NCBI GenBank assembly: GCA_039804105.1
Contig: JBDRZU010000001.1
Location: 288,001-352,000 of the forward strand
Length of the DNA stretch: 64,000 bases
From: a candidate division WOR-3 bacterium
GTDB taxonomy: Bacteria; Hydrothermota; 32-111
Direction of reading: 5' to 3'
Every line of letters starts with the position of its first letter. The first letter of the stretch is position 1. The translations under genes and the position numbers were made by a program. Below are positions 59,068-64,000 of the stretch, in pieces. The notes below the pieces were generated by a model that searched no databases, had not been told where the DNA came from, and saw only the letters and a program-made list of their open reading frames with translations.

Positions 59068-60094
59068 AAATGTTTGTCCCGAGGCCAATTTTCTGTGCAT
59101 GTTCAAGTTGAACAAGAGGTTCTATATCTGGATGGGTTTTTTTAAAAGGATCATATCCTGTTCTTTCGCAAACGAGATCATAAGAAGCTCTATCGAGAGC
59201 GACCGGATCTTTTGAAAAAAGAATTCCGACATCTTTTGCAATAGGACTTTTATTGTAAGGATAACAATCACAAACAGGAGAAATGTCCATTAGAAAATTT
59301 ACAAAAATTGCTGGTTTGTTTTCCACTGATATCTTTGCATACTCTGCCATTTTTTTTTGCATCAAAGAACTTTCTATTTCCCAATCAATATTTATCGCTC
59401 TGAAATCACATATCTCAAGACATAAACCACATCCAACACAAATATTTTTATCTATATAAGCAAAATTGTCAATCTGCTTAATCGCTTTCACATTACACCA
59501 TTTGATACACTTAAAACAACCTCTACATTTCTCTTTTTTTACATTTGGTGTCAGATTGGAGTGCATGGAAAGTTTTCCTCTCTTGGCTGCACATCCCATA
59601 CCCATATTTTTGATTGAACCTCCAAAGCCAGTCAGTTCATGCCCTTTAAAATGTGTTAAAAATAATATTCCATCAGAATAATAGATATCAGAGCCTATAT
59701 AAAATTCCTTTAATACTTCAAGTTCCTTTTCTACCTTTATAAAACTTTCCCCTCTAAGTCCATCCGCTATTATAACCGGAAAATATGAAAATCCATTAAA
59801 GAATGCATTTTCAAGGTGATCAACAGAGTTTGACCTCATACCTTTATAAAGGGTGTTCGTATCAGTTAAAAAAGGTTTATATCCTTTATTTTTTAAAAAC
59901 TCACAGAACCAGTTGGCGTAAACCGGTTTAATATAAGCCCTATTTCCCTTTTCTCCAAAATGTATTTTTACAGCAATCAAAGAATTTTCATAAAATATTC
60001 TTTGGATCTCAATTTCCTTTAAAAGAATACTCTCAAATATTTTAAAATTTCCTGAAAATGTTTGAATGTCTATAAAATAAACTTTTGGATTCAT
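59045..60094 (-). CDS. DUF362-domain Fe-S protein
   Basis: AVKIHFGE.GN, TDTNTLY.G.R, IADGL.G, HFKGH..TGFGG.IKN.GMGC, two CxxCxxCxxxC, CDC, DPVALD. Confidence 0.88.
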   Translation of the reverse strand: MNPKVYFIDIQTFSGNFKIFESILLKEIEIQRIFYENSLIAVKIHFGEKGNRAYIKPVYANWFCEFLKNKGYKPFLTDTNTLYKGMRSNSVDHLENAFFNGFSYFPVIIADGLRGESFIKVEKELEVLKEFYIGSDIYYSDGILFLTHFKGHELTGFGGSIKNMGMGCAAKRGKLSMHSNLTPNVKKEKCRGCFKCIKWCNVKAIKQIDNFAYIDKNICVGCGLCLEICDFRAINIDWEIESSLMQKKMAEYAKISVENKPAIFVNFLMDISPVCDCYPYNKSPIAKDVGILFSKDPVALDRASYDLVCERTGYDPFKKTHPDIEPLVQLEHAQKIGLGTNIYELVQVT

Positions 60095-60100
60095 CGTTTT

Positions 60101-60129
60101 ATTATATCAACTCTTTGTATACTTTTCAA
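60101..60129 (-). promoter_or_regulatory. Putative promoter for a leaderless DUF362 transcript
   Basis: TTGAAA-N17-TATAAT with extended TGn, 6 nt to ATG 60094, no SD. Confidence 0.5.
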
Positions 60130-63082
60130 CAATCTCTTTTAACTCGTTCAGATTTAAAGGCTTTGCTATATAATCGTTCATTCCATTAGCAAGGCAGATA
60201 TCCTTATCCTCTTTCATGGCATTCGCTGTTAAAGCAATTATAGGGATAGGTATCCTTTTAATAATAAGATTGTGACTGAGATTCCTGTTGCTTTTAATAT
60301 CATCTTCAACCTCTCTTATGATTCTTGTTGTTGTTAAACCATCCATTATAGGCATCTGAACATCCATCAAAATAAGATCATAAGGTTTCTCTCTCATCAT
60401 TTCTAAAACTTTTTCACCATTTTCAGCGATATCAATATCATAACCGAGTTTGTTCAACATATTTTTTGCTACCTTCTGGTTAACAGGGTTATCTTCAGCA
60501 ACAAGAATTTTAATATCCTTTTTCTCAATTTGAATTTTTACAATTTTTTCTTCACTATCCTGTTCTTTACTTTCAAACATTCCAACCAGAAGATCGTATA
60601 AAGATGATTGAGAAACAGGTTTCTGAAGGCATCCATCAACTCCGATAGAATCAAATTTTTCTTTGTCCTCTTTCAATATTGAAGATGTAAAGATGATAAC
60701 CTTCATCTTTTTATTCTTTTCCTTGATCATCCTTGCGACTTTAAGTCCATCAATTTCTGGCATAATATAATCAACAAAAGCAATATCATATTCATTCAAA
60801 TTTTTATTAAAATCTTTAAAACTTGTCAAACACTCACATTCTATATTCCAGATCGATAACATATTCTGCATGATTTTTAAATTCAGTTTGTTATCATCTA
60901 TAACAAGAACCTTTTCAACTCCTTTTATTTTTGAAAATGTTTTCTTAATATCGTCAGCTGATACCTGAACTGTTTTTATTGTGAATCCGAATTCACTTCC
61001 TCTTCCTCTACCACCATCCTTTGAAAGTTTTGAAGGAGAAAGAGCGTATATCTCACCACCCAATTTTTCTATAATGTATTTAGAAATAGTTGTTCCCAAT
61101 CCCGTTCCACCAAATTTTCTTGTTATGGAGTTATCCGCCTGTTCAAAAGGTTGAAATATCTTTTCAATTTTATCTTTATCAATACCAATTCCAGTATCAG
61201 AAACAATAAATTTTAAGATTAAATCATTATCCTTTTTTTCTAAAACTTTCACCTCAACGAGTATTTCACCTTTCTCAGTGAATTTTAAAGAATTGCCAAC
61301 AAGGTTGAGTAATACCTGTTTCAATCTGACTGGGTCAGATTTGATGTATCTTGGAACATCTTTATCTATATCGATAAGAACTTCAAGACCTTTTTTGGAT
61401 ATTTCAAAAACGAGTGGTTTTAAAGATAGTTCCACAAGTTGATAGAGATCAAACTCTATCTCCTCAAAACTCATCTTTCCTGATTCTATTTTTGAGAAAT
61501 CAAGGATATCGTTGATCAGTGTTAATAAAGTTATAGAAGAATATTTTATTGTTTTTGCATAATCCTCTTGATCTTTATCAAGTTTTGTTCCAAGAAGGAG
61601 ATCTACCATTCCAACTATACCATTGAGAGGTGTTCTTATTTCATGACTCATATTTGCAAGGAAAATAGATTTTGCCTTTGTTGCTTGCTCGGCCTTCAAT
61701 TTTGATTCAAAGAGTTCATGTTCCATTCTTTTTCTTTCAGTTATATCCTCTTTTACAGCAACAAAATTTATTATTTTTCCATCTTTATCGATGATTGGTG
61801 CAATAAGAGCAAGTTCCCAGTAAAGTGTTCCATCTTTTCTTTTATTGTGAAACTCTCCTCTCCATTCCCTTCCAGATTTTATAGTATCCCATAACTCTTT
61901 GTACTCTTCTTTACTCTTTTCACCCGATTTCAAAATTCTCGGGTTTTTCCCTTTGACCTCCTCAAAAGTATAACCAGAAACTTCAGTAAACTTTTTGTTA
62001 ACATATTCAATATTACCTTCAGTATCAGTTATTACAACACTTGCTGGACTTTGATTAATTGAAAATAAGAGTTTTTCAATCTCTCTCTCATAATTAAATT
62101 TTTCGGTGATATCATCAAAAACTTCAATACAACCTGTAAAATTTTTTTGGTCATCTCTAAGAACCTGTGCATTTTTTGAAATTATTCTTATGTTTCCATC
62201 TTTTGTAATAACTGTACAAATTTTGTTGTAAATAGGGCTATCATCATTTTTATTTATAAGTGAACAACCATTTCTACATGGTTCATTTGCAAAAAAAGTA
62301 CATTCCTTTCCAACCAGATCTTCTTCTTTATAGTTAAGTATTTCAAGTGCTCTTTTGTTTATTGATAAAATTTTTCTATCTTTATCAAGTATAAAGACAG
62401 CACTTGGAACAACTGCAAAAAGTTTTTCGAACTCTTCGGTTTTTCTCTGAAAGTTATCCTTTAAAACTTTTAAAATCTTGTTCTCATAATCCAATCTTTC
62501 TTCGTTTTCGATAGCGATTCTTTGAAAGAGTTCAATAAAATACTTGAAAATAGAAGTAGAAAAAAATATTGATAGATATGTTAAAAAGAAACTAAAATGT
62601 AACGATTTATCGTATGTAAAAATTTTTGAAAACACTGGAAATCTAAAAATGATAAATATTAAAATCAAAAAACAAAAAACAAAACTTTCCCAGAATGATA
62701 TTGAAAGAAATGATAGAAGCGGGAAAATATAGACAAATGCTCTTCTTGAAGAATCAAGTTGTGTAAAAAACAATGTGTATAAACCCACAAGAAAAAGAAC
62801 GAAAACTAAAATTCTTCCTACAAGATCAACACTTCTCTTTTTTATGAGAAATATAAGGAGAACATGACATATCACCAAAGAGATAAAGTGTGTTAAGAAC
62901 TCTCTTGTATGTATGATGGGGAATAAATGTTTTAAAGAAAAAAAGAATGTATCTATAATTCCGACTATTAGAATTAACAAAAGAAAGTTGTATCTGATCC
63001 TGAAAAAAATTTCTTTTGTTGAATATTTTGAAAAATAGTTTGAGTTGAAGTTTAAAAATAAATTTTTAAACAAATCTTTCAT
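60107..63082 (-). CDS. Membrane-anchored hybrid sensor histidine kinase (TM region, 2 PAS, HisKA, HATPase, 2 REC)
   Basis: FLANMSHEIRTPLNG, NLVGNSLKFT, DTGIG, GGTGLG, receivers DYIMPEIDG and MDVQMPIMDG. Confidence 0.95.
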   Translation of the reverse strand: MKDLFKNLFLNFNSNYFSKYSTKEIFFRIRYNFLLLILIVGIIDTFFFSLKHLFPIIHTREFLTHFISLVICHVLLIFLIKKRSVDLVGRILVFVLFLVGLYTLFFTQLDSSRRAFVYIFPLLSFLSISFWESFVFCFLILIFIIFRFPVFSKIFTYDKSLHFSFFLTYLSIFFSTSIFKYFIELFQRIAIENEERLDYENKILKVLKDNFQRKTEEFEKLFAVVPSAVFILDKDRKILSINKRALEILNYKEEDLVGKECTFFANEPCRNGCSLINKNDDSPIYNKICTVITKDGNIRIISKNAQVLRDDQKNFTGCIEVFDDITEKFNYEREIEKLLFSINQSPASVVITDTEGNIEYVNKKFTEVSGYTFEEVKGKNPRILKSGEKSKEEYKELWDTIKSGREWRGEFHNKRKDGTLYWELALIAPIIDKDGKIINFVAVKEDITERKRMEHELFESKLKAEQATKAKSIFLANMSHEIRTPLNGIVGMVDLLLGTKLDKDQEDYAKTIKYSSITLLTLINDILDFSKIESGKMSFEEIEFDLYQLVELSLKPLVFEISKKGLEVLIDIDKDVPRYIKSDPVRLKQVLLNLVGNSLKFTEKGEILVEVKVLEKKDNDLILKFIVSDTGIGIDKDKIEKIFQPFEQADNSITRKFGGTGLGTTISKYIIEKLGGEIYALSPSKLSKDGGRGRGSEFGFTIKTVQVSADDIKKTFSKIKGVEKVLVIDDNKLNLKIMQNMLSIWNIECECLTSFKDFNKNLNEYDIAFVDYIMPEIDGLKVARMIKEKNKKMKVIIFTSSILKEDKEKFDSIGVDGCLQKPVSQSSLYDLLVGMFESKEQDSEEKIVKIQIEKKDIKILVAEDNPVNQKVAKNMLNKLGYDIDIAENGEKVLEMMREKPYDLILMDVQMPIMDGLTTTRIIREVEDDIKSNRNLSHNLIIKRIPIPIIALTANAMKEDKDICLANGMNDYIAKPLNLNELKEIVEKYTKS

Positions 63083-64000
63083 TTTCTAAAATCCTTTACA
63101 TTAATGTTATAAAGTTTTAATTTTGAATGAAGATTTTGTCTTGCAATCTGAGCAATCTGAGAGGCTCTCGTTATATTCCCATTACAAAATTTTAGAAGTT
63201 GTATCAAATATTCTCGTTCATAATAATCCATAGTTTCTTTCAAAGGCCGATTGATAGGGATAAAATCAACTTTGTTTGATTGCATAACATTGCCAAAAAG
63301 ATGTGATGGAAGATTTTTAACATCTATAACATCTCCCATTGTAAGAGCACAACTACTTTCAACTGCATTTTCTAATTCCCTGACATTTCCTGGCCAATCG
63401 TATCTTAAGAAAACCTCTTTTACGCCTTCCGAAAATCCTTTAATCTTTTTGTTCATTTTAATACTGTACTTTTCAAGAAAATGCTCAGCTATAAGAAGTA
63501 TATCCTCCTTCCTGTCCCTTAAGGGAGGAATGTTAATGTTAACAACATTTAACCTATAGTATAAATCCTCTCTGAATCTGTTTTCAAGTATCCTGTCTCT
63601 TAAATTAACATTCGTTGCTGATATTATCCTGACATCTGTTTTTATAACATTTGTTGAACCAAGTGGTGTAAACTCTCCACTCTCAATAACCCTTAAAATT
63701 TTCGCCTGTAAACTTAAAGGCATATCCCCAATTTCATCCAGGAATATTGTTCCCATATCAGCAACTTTGAAAAGGCCGTTTTTATTATTATAGGCACCTG
63801 TAAAAGCACCTTTTACATATCCAAAAAGTTCACTTTCAAGTAATGTTTCAGGTAATGATGCACAGTTTATTGGAACGAATGGGCTATTCTTTCTTTTACC
63901 AGAATAGTGTATTGCCTTTGCAACAAGTTCTTTTCCAGTTCCACTTTCTCCAGTAATCAAAACATTTGAATCTGTTTTCGAAACCTGTTTTAACATTTTT
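63079..64000 (-). CDS. Sigma-54-dependent transcriptional activator (AAA+ and Fis HTH); 5' part lies beyond the window
   Basis: GESGTGKE, ESELFG..KGAFTGA, FLDEIG, FREDLYYRL, WPGNVREL, C-terminal HTH. Confidence 0.95.
   Translation of the reverse strand, partial: KMLKQVSKTDSNVLITGESGTGKELVAKAIHYSGKRKNSPFVPINCASLPETLLESELFGYVKGAFTGAYNNKNGLFKVADMGTIFLDEIGDMPLSLQAKILRVIESGEFTPLGSTNVIKTDVRIISATNVNLRDRILENRFREDLYYRLNVVNINIPPLRDRKEDILLIAEHFLEKYSIKMNKKIKGFSEGVKEVFLRYDWPGNVRELENAVESSCALTMGDVIDVKNLPSHLFGNVMQSNKVDFIPINRPLKETMDYYEREYLIQLLKFCNGNITRASQIAQIARQNLHSKLKLYNINVKDFRK

Noticed and set aside
2286..63559. Numerous plus-strand ORFs of 60-180 aa in the ORF track
   Set aside because: They lie antisense to well-supported minus-strand genes, show no recognisable motifs and have shadow-ORF composition
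1..64000. Alternative genetic code, suspected from the very low GC content
   Set aside because: Conserved genes are full length under code 11, and TGA acts as a stop at expected ends (purH, wecB, infB and ATGA overlaps)
1..64000. CRISPR array, IS elements, prophage, rRNA
   Set aside because: No regularly spaced repeats, transposase, integrase or phage motifs were seen, and no intergenic space is large enough

Overview
A 64-kb, very AT-rich bacterial chromosome segment in which every supportable gene (about 50 CDS, RNase P RNA, three tRNA-Ser) lies on the minus strand. It holds a housekeeping block (purL, purH, wecB, nrnA-like, rbfA-infB-nusA-rimP-proS, asnS) and amino-acid catabolism genes (kbl, tdh, lat, pruA, a Lys/Arg/Orn decarboxylase, an M42 peptidase). 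Six secreted proteins carry T9SS-like C-terminal sorting domains, including a C25 gingipain-like and an S8 protease. There is also a membrane pyrophosphatase with the Na+,H+ dual-specificity signature, and a hybrid kinase next to a sigma-54 activator. AGGAGG Shine-Dalgarno sites and TTGACA/TATAAT promoters together with T9SS-type cargo suggest a non-Bacteroidota FCB-related anaerobe such as TA06 or WOR-3; this is inference only. The main observations are: (1) an intact 12-gene Mrp-Mbx/complex-I-like operon that appears to have lost most catalytic and ion-pumping residues and is followed by a gamma-carbonic anhydrase; (2) an RRM RNA-binding gene whose 5' and 3' flanks are complementary; (3) a Braun-lipoprotein-like coiled-coil lipoprotein ending in Lys; (4) a preference for 16-bp promoter spacers and several apparently leaderless genes; (5) a tadA reading frame that ends inside tRNA-Ser(CGA). 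No CRISPR array, transposase or integrase was seen. All family assignments come from motif recognition by eye, without database searches.
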